IMG/VR virus record: IMGVR_UViG_3300037991_005016
Coordinates: 1 to 36,382 of that record
DNA: 36,382 nt
Source of the DNA: a virus
Taxonomy: Duplodnaviria; Caudoviricetes
Direction: 5' to 3' (one strand)
In this document: piece by piece, positions 7,233 through 17,481 of the stretch
Position numbering within the stretch: the first letter of the stretch is position 1
How the letters are laid out: every line of letters begins with the position of its first letter
Made by a program: the position numbers and the translations under genes
The notes under the pieces: model-generated
The model's database searches: none
What the model saw: the letters and a program-made list of their open reading frames with translations, nothing else
Told to the model about the DNA's origin: nothing

Positions 7233-9782
7233 TTAGTCTTCTTTTGGTGGTAATTTAAGACTACTAAACTTATCTTCATAAATATTCCACAATCCTTTAT
7301 CACTATCAGTATCAGCAGGTTTCTGTTCATAGCCTGTCCATGCCAACCACATTCTTTTTCCTTTAACTTCAAGCATTCTAACATGAAGTTTAGTTTCAAA
7401 TTTATTACCATCTAAGAAATATTCATGGTAGCCTTCTTTTTGAACACCTAATTTAACATCTCCACTATCAATCAGTTTACGCTTTGAAATATTCTTAGCA
7501 ACAATAGCAGGGAATTTACCTGCTTTTCCAAATAATTCAAAAATATCATCTTTAGAATCAAGTCTAATCATCCAATTAATGCTTTCATCACCTAACTTCA
7601 TTACTAAATTTAGATTATCATCTTCCCTAAGATATAATTTAAATTCTCCTGTTCTATACTTTTCCGGTGTTTTGTATTCTTTTTTTATGGTGTCTAGCAT
7701 TATTTTATCATTTTCAGCAAAGAGTTTCTTTGTTTTAGCATCAAAAGATATACCATCTCTATTCTCAAACCAATCCTTTACCCTAGTTAATTTACTATCT
7801 AATATATCTTGATAAATATCTTTATGATTCTTAACTAAAAAGTTGTGGACTTCTTTAGGAGTCTTTGCTCCTTTTTGTTTTAAGTAATTAAATATAGCAA
7901 CTGTAAGTTTAGATTGTTTTGTTTTCATTATTTCTTCCGCTTGATTTTTCCATAGGTCTAAATCTATAAGGGCATTTTTAGCCATTAGATTATCTTGCTC
8001 AAAACCATAAATAGTAAAACCATCCATGTCTCCTTTGATTATAATATTAGCCTCGCCGTGTATGTGGTCTGTAATGACTATTCCTTTTTCTACTTCTTCG
8101 ACATTATAGTTTAATGATTTATCAGTATCTTTTACTAGCATTTGTAAAGATACTAATTTGTCCGGTGTTTCGGATTCAGCAATTTCATTTATTTTTGCCG
8201 AATAAACAACAGGCTTTCCTTTAACTTCCTTTACCTTATCTATTGAAACTCTAACAATATCTCCAACATCGGCTGAAACTTGAGTATTAGTGGCATTACC
8301 AACATTAAGATAATTTTTACCTTCTATCTTTTCATCTCCTTCTTCTACCGGCCCTGCTCCTAACTTGTAAGAATAGTTAGAACCGCTTTTCTTTTTATCA
8401 AGAACAATCAAGTCTAATTCTACAAAAGGCTTCCATCTAATCCACTTTGGATTTTTCTTAGTTCCTAAGAAGTATGTTGAAGTCGCATCTTTAATCATAA
8501 CTCCTTCGGCAGTAGGCATTTCCATAATCTTCTTAGAATATTCTTCAACATCTTTTAGACTATCCGCTACTCTAGTATCTTTTTTAGATGGGAATGTTAA
8601 TGCTTCACTAGAATGAATAGAATAATTGTTAAACATTATTTGCATTCTGTTTTGTAAAGTATCTTCCATTAGGTTTTCTTCATTATGCCTCATAATATCA
8701 AAGACATGTATTCTAGGAGTTCCTTCTTTTTTACCCGCTAAATATTCTACTGCGTCTTTTCTTTTCAATGAATCTTCACCGTCAAATAAAACTAAAGAAG
8801 CATCTAGTATGCAATCTCCAAAATGTTTTTTCTTTAGTTCTTCAATCGCTTCTTTACATTTGCTAGATATATCTTTGCCTGTATAATCATAAACTTTTAT
8901 GTTTTTATCTATCTTATGGAGTTGTATTCTAAAACCATCATATTTTTCTTGAATGTAAAACTCTCCTGTAAATCCTTTGAGTTCATCCATGTCTTCTATT
9001 GTGAATATTCTATACATAGGTTTGTTGGGAATAATAAAATCGCTTTGTGCTTTTTCTTTTTCGGATTTCTTTTCTTTGAGAATAGTTTTCTTATCTTCAC
9101 CTTTATCCTCTTTGGCCTTCGCTTCATCTAATTCAGTATCTATGTCTTCTAGTTCCGCCCAATCCTGTTTAGTATTCTTAGATAAGAATATTAATTCTAG
9201 CATATTCATAGCGGCTTTTACTTTTGTTTCTACTTTCTTGGAGTCTTTACCATCACCATAATGTTCTATGATGTAAAGTGCAACATCATCAACTTCTAAA
9301 TCTAATCCTGTTAAACCGTCTGTAATATCATCGGGCTTCATATCTTTAATCGAATATGCTTCTTTTGGTAGTGCCTTATCATCTTCTCTAATAGCATAGT
9401 GAACAAACTTAATCATAAGTTCGGGTGATTCTAATAATGCTTCTAATACATTACCTTTGAATTTTTTAGCGAAAGGGTCGCTAACTTCATCGGAAGAATA
9501 TCTTAGTGCTTTGATTGCCTCATACAACTTTTCAGCATTGTTAGTGCTAACATCGGAAACATCATTTGATTCTAATAAGTCTTCATCAATATAATCCTTA
9601 AGTTCATTTGAAAGAGCATCGGTCATTTCATATGCTTCTTTGATTTTATTTACTGCGTTTCTCCATTTAGAACCGTATTCCTTTGGGTCGGTTCTTGCTG
9701 AAAGATAAGCGACTCTCGTTCTTTCAAAGAGTCTTAGAATATCTGTGGATATTGACTTATCCTTCTCAATAAGGAGAGGCAT
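7233..9782 (-). CDS. lig: ATP-dependent DNA ligase-like protein with N- and C-terminal extensions
   Basis: Motif I EKYDG-RIQLH, IIIa HVFDIM, IV EGVMIK, V KWIRWK, then OB-fold (ELDLIVL...YKLGAG); motif III is atypical (LDASL). Confidence 0.82.
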   Translation of the reverse strand: MPLLIEKDKSISTDILRLFERTRVAYLSARTDPKEYGSKWRNAVNKIKEAYEMTDALSNELKDYIDEDLLESNDVSDVSTNNAEKLYEAIKALRYSSDEVSDPFAKKFKGNVLEALLESPELMIKFVHYAIREDDKALPKEAYSIKDMKPDDITDGLTGLDLEVDDVALYIIEHYGDGKDSKKVETKVKAAMNMLELIFLSKNTKQDWAELEDIDTELDEAKAKEDKGEDKKTILKEKKSEKEKAQSDFIIPNKPMYRIFTIEDMDELKGFTGEFYIQEKYDGFRIQLHKIDKNIKVYDYTGKDISSKCKEAIEELKKKHFGDCILDASLVLFDGEDSLKRKDAVEYLAGKKEGTPRIHVFDIMRHNEENLMEDTLQNRMQIMFNNYSIHSSEALTFPSKKDTRVADSLKDVEEYSKKIMEMPTAEGVMIKDATSTYFLGTKKNPKWIRWKPFVELDLIVLDKKKSGSNYSYKLGAGPVEEGDEKIEGKNYLNVGNATNTQVSADVGDIVRVSIDKVKEVKGKPVVYSAKINEIAESETPDKLVSLQMLVKDTDKSLNYNVEEVEKGIVITDHIHGEANIIIKGDMDGFTIYGFEQDNLMAKNALIDLDLWKNQAEEIMKTKQSKLTVAIFNYLKQKGAKTPKEVHNFLVKNHKDIYQDILDSKLTRVKDWFENRDGISFDAKTKKLFAENDKIMLDTIKKEYKTPEKYRTGEFKLYLREDDNLNLVMKLGDESINWMIRLDSKDDIFELFGKAGKFPAIVAKNISKRKLIDSGDVKLGVQKEGYHEYFLDGNKFETKLHVRMLEVKGKRMWLAWTGYEQKPADTDSDKGLWNIYEDKFSSLKLPPKED

Positions 9783-9788
9783 AAAACA

Positions 9789-10343
9789 TCACTCAAAATT
9801 TCTAGTGTTGTCGCCTTTAGCACCCGCTAGCGATAAATATTTACTATCTGTTCTATCAATATTGTCGGTAAATTTGCTGCCTTTTCCATATTTTGCTGCA
9901 TCTAAAAGTTTTTCATCTATTTTATCTATTTCTTCTTGTGCATTTTTAATCATTCTTTTCAAAGTATCAACATCATTTTTAGATTCTGCATCTTTTAATG
10001 CACGATTAATATTTCTTAAACTTTGCTCCACTAACATTCTAACTAACGAATCTTGATGTGTACCACCCATAGATTTTCTAGGTGGCCCTTGAAATTTTGC
10101 TTTCTTTAGACTCTCACCTGCTAAACCATACCCTTCTTTCTTTTGAGTTTGATTAGTAATCTTAGAAGCATCTTGCACCTTTGGCCTCTTAACCTTCTCA
10201 ACTTCGGGGTCTGTATCTATTTCCAATACTTGAGTTGGCTCAATGTTCTTTCTTTTCTTTGCGCTTAATTCTTCTTTAGCCTTTCTTGCTTTTTCAATAG
10301 CAAGGCTAACTATTCTTTCTTCCTTTGTTACTCTTTCCGGCAT
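9789..10343 (-). CDS. Hypothetical charged protein
   Basis: 184 aa, start coupled to upstream stop (TAATG). Confidence 0.7.
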   Translation of the reverse strand: MPERVTKEERIVSLAIEKARKAKEELSAKKRKNIEPTQVLEIDTDPEVEKVKRPKVQDASKITNQTQKKEGYGLAGESLKKAKFQGPPRKSMGGTHQDSLVRMLVEQSLRNINRALKDAESKNDVDTLKRMIKNAQEEIDKIDEKLLDAAKYGKGSKFTDNIDRTDSKYLSLAGAKGDNTRNFE

Positions 10344-10591
10344 TACTGACCACCTACATTTTCTACCATCTTATGAATATCTTTCCAGTCCATATTTCCA
10401 ACATCTTTCAATGGTGAACCACCGATAGTTCCGTGATTCATCTTAGGAGTTGGACTATCAACAACAACAAAACCGGACTTCATTAGTAAGTTATCGTCAT
10501 TGTAAACTGCTTTCTCTAAACTTTCTATCTTAGCACTAAGGGCTTTAATTATTTCAAGTAGTTCTTGATTAATTGTATTTTCTTCACTCAT
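10343..10591 (-). CDS. Small coiled-coil protein with scaffold-like C-terminus
   Basis: 82 aa; ends MDWKDIHKMVENVGGQ, matching scaffold end MDWSDIHKMVGGI. Confidence 0.78.
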   Translation of the reverse strand: MSEENTINQELLEIIKALSAKIESLEKAVYNDDNLLMKSGFVVVDSPTPKMNHGTIGGSPLKDVGNMDWKDIHKMVENVGGQ

Positions 10592-10947
10592 CTCTTTTCC
10601 TCCTTTGGTGGATATACTAAATCTCTTAACTGTCTGTAAAGCAACTCATAGTCCTTTCGGAGTTCCGTAGCCGAAGCGACTATATCTATATTCCGTTCAT
10701 CCATAGACTTCATTTTCTTTGTAAGTTTCTTATCGGACTTAACCAACTCTACATCTTTTAATGCACTAATTAATTCGCCTAACTTAGTAAAGTCTTGTCC
10801 AAAAAATTCAGTTGGTTGGGCTGATTGTAATACTTTCTTTAGACGCTTAGTTTGTTTCTTATCTAATGTGTCTAATATATTCTTCTTTACTTTTTCTTCT
10901 TTCTTTATGGTAAATTCTTTACCTTCCTCGTAGTAATCCCATGTCAT
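10588..10947 (-). CDS. Hypothetical helical protein
   Basis: 119 aa, ATGA-type overlaps at both ends. Confidence 0.75.
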   Translation of the reverse strand: MTWDYYEEGKEFTIKKEEKVKKNILDTLDKKQTKRLKKVLQSAQPTEFFGQDFTKLGELISALKDVELVKSDKKLTKKMKSMDERNIDIVASATELRKDYELLYRQLRDLVYPPKEEKR

Positions 10948-13900
10948 TTTTCTTCCTCTCCTTGTTTTTTAGGTATAGTTGGTATTGGTCTTGCCTCTCT
11001 ATCCGCCCTTTCTTCTGTCTTAGGTGTAAAAGATTCCGATAGTTTTTCGATGTTTCTGTCATGTATGTCTTTAAGTTTTTGTAAGTTTTTAATATATGTA
11101 TCGTAAACATCCGTAAAGTCCATTATTCTAGATAATTCTTTACCTAAAACTTCATCTGCTAGAATTTTTTCAAAGTCTCTTCCTTCTTTATCTGATTTTA
11201 TACCTATTTTAATGTTAAATTCGCTCAAGTCCACTAATTTATTTTTAGTTTTGAATGTTTTTAACAAATCTTCAAATTCATCTTCCAACTGTTCTATCAT
11301 AGCCGTTGAGATTTTATATTGTTCTTGGCGTGTTTTGGGCTTTCCATCTTTTAGATACTGTTCTCTTTCTTTAGGGTCTGTTGGAACTAAAGATTCTATT
11401 TCCTTTTTGTTACTTTTAAAATGTTGAAGGAAAGCCTTCTCAATAGGTTTTATTAAGTCTTCATCGGAAATATCCGTTTCCATTAATTCTTCTATGCTAT
11501 CAACCTTTTTTTGATTTGCTAGTGGTGTAAATGCTCCCATAACTATTCTTTCTCCATCTTGGGGAGAGATAGGTATTGGCGAAATATGTCTAAATATTTT
11601 AGTAGTGAAAATTTTCTTTTGTTTTCTATCCGCTTCAATGCGTTCTTTACTAGTTTTGATTGGTTTTTTTTCCGCTAATAATTCTTCAAGTTTAGGAGAA
11701 CTATAATCGGGATTTTCTTTTCTAGCCTCGGTCTGTTTTTCTCTTTCGGTTTTAATCTTATCATCTATTTCTTTTAGTTTAGCACTCAACTCATCTAATT
11801 CTTTTTGTTTTTCATCAGTTAAAGAGTCTACTTTAGGTTCATCTTCTTTGCTATCTAAGAATCTATTCATTCTTTGAATAACTGCAATAGAATAATCCCT
11901 TGCTATTTCTTCTAAATTAAAAGCATCTGTTTCTAACGCTTTTTGTTTTTGTGTTATGTATGTTGATTGTAGTTTTTTAACCTCTTCGACAAAATCATCT
12001 ATTGCCTTAAAGAACTGCTTTCCTTCTTGTCTATTATCGAGTATAGAGAATAAAGCATCTAATTGTTCTTTTACTTTATTTCTTGGTTTATTTAAATCTA
12101 AAAGTTCTTCTGCGGTCTTATCGCTTCTTTCGGATTCTTTTTCATATCCGCCTTCTTCATATTTTTTTGCTTTCTTTTCCATATAAGCCAATTGCATATC
12201 CCAATATAACCTTACAAATTCAACGGGGTTCTCTTTATAGGCTTCAATGTCTTCAAGCCCTACAAAAGATTCCCCTAATGGGTTAATTTTTTCATTTATA
12301 AACTGCTTTCCTGTGATTAAAGGAACATTAAATACATTGTAGTATTTTTCACTAGTGACTCCTTCTACTTTCATTTTATCATCTTTAATATCAAGAGTAT
12401 CATTTTCAGCATTCAGTCTTTTGTCATTCATAACAAGATTTGAATCCTCTCTAGTATCAGCACTTCTAGACATTCTATGTAAAAACTTCATTACCGCATT
12501 AGATAATTTATTTTCATCTCTAATCAAATCCCTCACAATAAAAGCAGGTATTGGTTTTAGTAGTGCTTTCTGTTTTCTTCTCTTCTCAACAAAGCCTTCT
12601 AGTGCTTTTAGTGCATTAGACAATTCCTTTCTTGCTTCCGAAGTTTCTTTGTCTTGTTCTAAAATACTTCCTCCTGTCATCTTAGAGTAGGCCCTTTGTA
12701 GTGCATTATATATTCTTTCATTGGATATAATTTCTCTAATTTCATTAACTGATTTTTCTATTGAAGCATATGTTTTATCGTTTGGAGAAAGCGGATTCTC
12801 TCTTTTTCTCAAGAAAAATTTTCTTTGTACTATAACTACATCGTAAAATTTCCAAGCATCTTTTCCTAACTTATCTCCTACAACTTCCGCTTTGTTCAAT
12901 TGATTTCTTAATTTCTTTTCTCGCTCTATCTTTTCTCGTTGAATCTTTAATCTTATTTGTGTTTCTTCCTCCTTACTTCTTTTAGTATATCCTGTAAGCA
13001 TATTTGTTAGTTTTTCTATTTTTTTAGTTAGTTCCTCTTCTAACTTTTGGTATTCTCGCATTGACCCTTTGAATCCTTTTAATTTACCTCTAATAGATTT
13101 TATTTCTTCTGTTAGTTTTTCCATCCTAGTATCTTTCTGTTTGTCACCTTTAGATTTTTTAGGTTTCTTTTCTATAGCATATCCCTTAACTACTGAAAGT
13201 AAATCTCTTATCAATTTAGAGCCGTATTTTTTATTATCAAATACCTTTTTTGCTTCTAATAATAATTTACTATCACTAGTTGTCGGTTGCCTAACAATTT
13301 GCTTCATGTTTTTTAGGCTTCTATTTAGAGAAGAATAGGCAGCGTTTGTAGACCTAGTGCCTTTTTCTTTCTCAGTGGTTAATAAATCTTTAAACATCTT
13401 TTGGTTTTTACTCGACAATAATTTTTTTAGTTTCTTAATTTTTCTATAGTTAAGAGATTCCCCACCTACTTTATCTTGTAGCAAACTTAAGTAGTTAAAT
13501 ACTCTTCTATATGCTTCTGTTTTCAAAGCCTTTCCATCACCCAAAGGTATTTTCTTTCCTTTAACACTGTCTTTGATACCTTTTGATTTTGCATCAGTCT
13601 CTAAGAAGCGTTGTAGTTTTTCATCACTATATTTTCCTTTAATGTAAGCAGTTAGTGTTTTATCTTCTAATGGCATAGTGCTTAGTTTGTCTAAATACTC
13701 TTTGACTTCTTTTTCTTCAAGTAGTTCTTTAAAGTCTCTTAGGAACTTAGCATCTTTATTTTTATCAACTCTTAATACTTGTAAAGGACTAACATTTTCA
13801 GTTCTCCTAGCAATACTTTGAAAATACTTAGTTTCTGTTCCTTCTTTGTCGCCTTTTTTCTCCTTTACACCTACTTTGCTCTCTAATTCCACTACTCTAT

Positions 13901-15014
13901 CTTTTAGTTTCTTCAATTGCTCATCTGTAAGTTTATATTGCACCATCCATATAGGATTTCCTTTTTTGTCTTTAGGTAATTTTTCATCTATTGATTTATG
14001 TTGGTTTTTAATGAATTTTTTAGTTGCTTCTACATCTTTTTTGTATTTCTCATATAACTCATTTAACTTTGTGGTAATTTCTTTTTGGGGAATATCTTCA
14101 TTCCTAGTTACATTAACATCCTTTTCATATTTTTCAAAAAGTCTTTTGAATTTACCATTCGCCCTTTTTACCCTAGTTTGGTAGGCTTCTATCATCTTTC
14201 CTTCCTTTGTATTTTTAGGATGCGCTCTAAGCATTCCTCTTTGTTCTTCTCTCATTAGAATAGAAAGGGCAACCTCAAATCTATCTAATGCGCTTCTTAG
14301 TAATACTACTTGCCTAGATGCGTTGGAGTCTTTTAAATTCATTTTTAGTGGCTCTAAAGGAAACAACAAGTTTTTTCTTGCATCTTCAATTGCTTTTTTA
14401 TAATTGGATTTATCGAAACTATCTACTAAGTTCTTTGTGCTTTCTAATTCTGCTCTATCTTTTCGATATTGGTTTTTCCTAAGTTGTAATTTCCTATCAG
14501 CCGTATATTCTTTCCAAACTAATTTTATTTCATCAATAGTCCATTTCCAACCATAGATTTCTAAAGGCTCTCCTCTAGCAATAAAATCCTTGTATTGTTT
14601 TTCCCTAATATCATAGGATATTTTTTCTTTTTGTTCTCTAGTCAATTCGCCCTTTTTCTCGGCTTGTTGAATTGCCTCTTTTACTTTATCTCCAAAATCT
14701 TCACTAAAACTACTAACTAATCGGGCTTTAGTTTTATCTCCATCTTTATTTTTTAGTTTTTGTCTCTCGTCTGCGCTTTCTTTTTCTTTTGTTTGTTCTA
14801 ATGCTTCTCTTTCAGCAAGTTCAAACATGCCTTCACTATCTAGTATTTCATCTCCTAGTTTATCATCTGCTCTTGTTTTATCGTCAAGGTAAAATTCATC
14901 ATCTTCACCATCTGCTTTTCTTATTGTATGTTGATTTTCTACTTCTTCAATCAAACACTTCAACAAAAAATGAAGGTCGTCTTCTTTATTGTGTAAGATG
15001 GCCTTCATAAACAT
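10944..15014 (-). CDS. Very large Lys/Glu-rich helical protein, possibly internal head protein
   Basis: 1356 aa uninterrupted ORF, GAGGCGA RBS, no recognisable catalytic motif, between portal and ligase/protease. Confidence 0.75.
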   Translation of the reverse strand: MFMKAILHNKEDDLHFLLKCLIEEVENQHTIRKADGEDDEFYLDDKTRADDKLGDEILDSEGMFELAEREALEQTKEKESADERQKLKNKDGDKTKARLVSSFSEDFGDKVKEAIQQAEKKGELTREQKEKISYDIREKQYKDFIARGEPLEIYGWKWTIDEIKLVWKEYTADRKLQLRKNQYRKDRAELESTKNLVDSFDKSNYKKAIEDARKNLLFPLEPLKMNLKDSNASRQVVLLRSALDRFEVALSILMREEQRGMLRAHPKNTKEGKMIEAYQTRVKRANGKFKRLFEKYEKDVNVTRNEDIPQKEITTKLNELYEKYKKDVEATKKFIKNQHKSIDEKLPKDKKGNPIWMVQYKLTDEQLKKLKDRVVELESKVGVKEKKGDKEGTETKYFQSIARRTENVSPLQVLRVDKNKDAKFLRDFKELLEEKEVKEYLDKLSTMPLEDKTLTAYIKGKYSDEKLQRFLETDAKSKGIKDSVKGKKIPLGDGKALKTEAYRRVFNYLSLLQDKVGGESLNYRKIKKLKKLLSSKNQKMFKDLLTTEKEKGTRSTNAAYSSLNRSLKNMKQIVRQPTTSDSKLLLEAKKVFDNKKYGSKLIRDLLSVVKGYAIEKKPKKSKGDKQKDTRMEKLTEEIKSIRGKLKGFKGSMREYQKLEEELTKKIEKLTNMLTGYTKRSKEEETQIRLKIQREKIEREKKLRNQLNKAEVVGDKLGKDAWKFYDVVIVQRKFFLRKRENPLSPNDKTYASIEKSVNEIREIISNERIYNALQRAYSKMTGGSILEQDKETSEARKELSNALKALEGFVEKRRKQKALLKPIPAFIVRDLIRDENKLSNAVMKFLHRMSRSADTREDSNLVMNDKRLNAENDTLDIKDDKMKVEGVTSEKYYNVFNVPLITGKQFINEKINPLGESFVGLEDIEAYKENPVEFVRLYWDMQLAYMEKKAKKYEEGGYEKESERSDKTAEELLDLNKPRNKVKEQLDALFSILDNRQEGKQFFKAIDDFVEEVKKLQSTYITQKQKALETDAFNLEEIARDYSIAVIQRMNRFLDSKEDEPKVDSLTDEKQKELDELSAKLKEIDDKIKTEREKQTEARKENPDYSSPKLEELLAEKKPIKTSKERIEADRKQKKIFTTKIFRHISPIPISPQDGERIVMGAFTPLANQKKVDSIEELMETDISDEDLIKPIEKAFLQHFKSNKKEIESLVPTDPKEREQYLKDGKPKTRQEQYKISTAMIEQLEDEFEDLLKTFKTKNKLVDLSEFNIKIGIKSDKEGRDFEKILADEVLGKELSRIMDFTDVYDTYIKNLQKLKDIHDRNIEKLSESFTPKTEERADREARPIPTIPKKQGEEEK

Positions 15015-15023
15015 ATTATCGCC

Positions 15024-15584
15024 TCAAAATGGAATATTCTCTTTTTTACCTCTCCTTTTTTGTGGGGGTAAAATAACATCGGGAACATCATTAGATGCTC
15101 TTGTTGCTTTATGAGTTGTGTCCGGTGGCAATCCACCAACGGAAAAATCTCTATTTTTTGTTGTTCTTCTAGTTTCATTAGCATTTTGTGTTCTAACTTT
15201 TGCTAATTCTTTCTTTAGTCTTCTTTCTCTTTGTTTTAAATCTTCTTTCATAATAATACCTTTTTTAAGTTGTGATTTTTTTATTATCTTTGCTTCTTTT
15301 GCGGCGATTTCAATTAATTTATCTATGCCAATTGATTCTGCGGTTTCAATTAAACTTCTATTTTCTTTGGGTTTTTTATGTGCTTCTGTGACTTCTTTAA
15401 TAAACTTAGGGTTTTCCTTAACTTTTTCTATTAGTTTTCTTTTACTTATCTCTAGTTCTACTTTTCGCCCCAACCTTCTACCATACATTTCTATTAAAGC
15501 ACCAACTGCAAATGTTGCTAAACCACCCGCTAATTTAACCATATCGGGGTTGTCAAATATTTTTTCTATTTTATCTTCTGTCAT
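15024..15584 (-). CDS. Hypothetical basic protein
   Basis: 186 aa, TAATG coupling to the portal stop. Confidence 0.7.
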   Translation of the reverse strand: MTEDKIEKIFDNPDMVKLAGGLATFAVGALIEMYGRRLGRKVELEISKRKLIEKVKENPKFIKEVTEAHKKPKENRSLIETAESIGIDKLIEIAAKEAKIIKKSQLKKGIIMKEDLKQRERRLKKELAKVRTQNANETRRTTKNRDFSVGGLPPDTTHKATRASNDVPDVILPPQKRRGKKENIPF

Positions 15585-17227
15585 TAACCTGTCCTCCTCT
15601 CACTTCTTCTATCTACATTTTGATTTCCTGCATCTTCGGGTAATCCACTCATTCTTTTATCCGGCCCTCTACTCATAGAAGGTTTATTTCTAGTAGCGGG
15701 TGGATTTTCTTGTGGCTTACTACCGCCACTTTCTGCAAACATTCTTGTTTGTTCATCTAAGTCTCTTTGGTCTAAATTAGAACCTGCTAGTGGGTCTTTT
15801 TCTACGGGTTTTCCATCTTCTCCCATTTGTTGTTCCGGTTTTGGTTCGGGCTTCTTGTAGGTAAAATTACCATCTTCATCCATGTCTACTTCAAAACCTA
15901 AGTTCTTTATTGAGGCTGCGATATTAACTTCAATCTCTTTCTTTCTTAATCCTGCAATCTCGTCTTCTTCTTCACTTGGAGGTAACTTTAACTTCCAATC
16001 TGTAATGCCAAATTGTCTAACAAGATAAGGAAATACATACTCATTGTAAACATTCTGTGCCATTTGAACGGCCCTATTGGTGACTAATATTTGCATACCT
16101 TCATTATTTAATCCACCACTTGTAGTATTATCAGCCATGAAGACTTTACTTACTCCATAGAATGCTGATATTCTATCTCTTAAATCATCTTTAACAGAAA
16201 TATAATCCATTTCTTTTAGGCTATCCATGAACTTAATCCATTCAACTGCGCCTTTTCCACCTTCTGCTTCTATTCCCATTACCGGAATAAAATGAGGGTC
16301 TGCTTCCATCTTTTCTTTTACTCCTCTCCAAAAGGCTCTCATTGAATCCATGTTTCTAGTTTGAACTGCTAATAATCCTCTTGGCATTCTACTCTTAGTG
16401 TAGGCTGAATTGACATAGTTTTCCATAGCAATTAAAGTCATAATATGATTGTAAAGTGTAATTACAGGAGAAAAACCGTAGAGTCTTGAAGGACTATACT
16501 TACTAAAATGTAATACTTCTCCTTCTAAGAAATATTGTTCATCTCCTTTTGCTCTATTTACATAATGAATTGGCATAAGAGGAGAACCGCATGTTTCGCA
16601 ATTATCGTGTGGTTCTGTTGAAATAACATCTCTATGATGAACACAAGTAAATCCTTTGTTTCCTTTTACTCCGTCTTCATCAGCATAAATAAACATAGTT
16701 ACAGGGTCGCCTCGATATATTTCTTTAATACGGTGCATTCTAATTTTACCATTTCCGTCTAAGAAATATTCTTTTACCATTACAATGTAAGCATCATCCA
16801 TAATATTCAAATCATCTTCCAATTCTTTTAGAACATCAATAAACAATTGCTCGGAGGAATTTACATATCCTTCTAAAAACTTTTCAGCATACTGTAACTG
16901 TTTTATATCGGGATTTCTTAAATCAGTAGAACCACACCTAGAACATTCTTGAACAGGTCTAGTATGTTCTTTTCCACAAGATTTACAAGAAGCCTCAAAT
17001 GCTTTTTCCCAAGTATATCCTCTTCTGTAAACTTCTTGTTTAAGTTGAGTTATGCAAGTTCTAACTATAACTGATTGTTGAACCATAGAGTAGATGATGG
17101 GAGCAGTCATCATATAGTTGTTTTGCCTTTCTTGAATACCCATATTGTAGATATTTCTATCGGCAGGTTTTGGTGTAGTGCGCCTAAAAAGATTTGTGAA
17201 AGAGAACCGCCTTCGTTTTTCTGCCAT
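15584..17227 (-). CDS. Portal protein with two Zn-ribbon insertions
   Basis: 547 aa; DLNIMDDAYI, EVLHF..YSPSRLYGFSPV, RMPRGLL, ISAFYGVSKVFM are portal motifs; CKSC/CSRC and CVHH/CETC inserts. Confidence 0.85.
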   Translation of the reverse strand: MAEKRRRFSFTNLFRRTTPKPADRNIYNMGIQERQNNYMMTAPIIYSMVQQSVIVRTCITQLKQEVYRRGYTWEKAFEASCKSCGKEHTRPVQECSRCGSTDLRNPDIKQLQYAEKFLEGYVNSSEQLFIDVLKELEDDLNIMDDAYIVMVKEYFLDGNGKIRMHRIKEIYRGDPVTMFIYADEDGVKGNKGFTCVHHRDVISTEPHDNCETCGSPLMPIHYVNRAKGDEQYFLEGEVLHFSKYSPSRLYGFSPVITLYNHIMTLIAMENYVNSAYTKSRMPRGLLAVQTRNMDSMRAFWRGVKEKMEADPHFIPVMGIEAEGGKGAVEWIKFMDSLKEMDYISVKDDLRDRISAFYGVSKVFMADNTTSGGLNNEGMQILVTNRAVQMAQNVYNEYVFPYLVRQFGITDWKLKLPPSEEEDEIAGLRKKEIEVNIAASIKNLGFEVDMDEDGNFTYKKPEPKPEQQMGEDGKPVEKDPLAGSNLDQRDLDEQTRMFAESGGSKPQENPPATRNKPSMSRGPDKRMSGLPEDAGNQNVDRRSERRTG

Positions 17228-17264
17228 GACAACTACCCCCGTTTCCTTTGCAGTATTCTATCTA

Positions 17265-17480
17265 TTATAGAATCTTCGCAAATGTTTTCCTCAATACACT
17301 TCTCCAAGTTCCCTTTCTGTATGGTTTTCTTTCATACTCGCTAGGGTCTTTATTGGCGTATAATGCCTTCATGTACTTTTTTGCTTTTGACTTTGACATA
17401 CCATATTTATTTTTTCTTTTTTTAGTATCTGTATTGACTACATAGTAGCCATCTTCTCCAACTCTCAAATCGTAAGGCAT
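17265..17480 (-). CDS. Small basic protein with C-terminal W motif
   Basis: 71 aa; MPY...YYVVN...KAKKYMKALYAN pattern common in phage small proteins; ends KGTWRSVLRK. Confidence 0.65.
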   Translation of the reverse strand: MPYDLRVGEDGYYVVNTDTKKRKNKYGMSKSKAKKYMKALYANKDPSEYERKPYRKGTWRSVLRKTFAKIL

Positions 17481-17481
17481 A

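Noticed and set aside
10588-10947. MTWDYYEE as a member of the tag family
   Set aside because: Has the Trp but lacks the hydrophobic pair and Lys at the expected spacing; not counted
10944-15014. Tail tape measure call for the 1356-aa ORF
   Set aside because: Highly charged rather than Ala/Gly-rich, no TM or periodic aromatic pattern, and no tail tube/chaperone genes nearby
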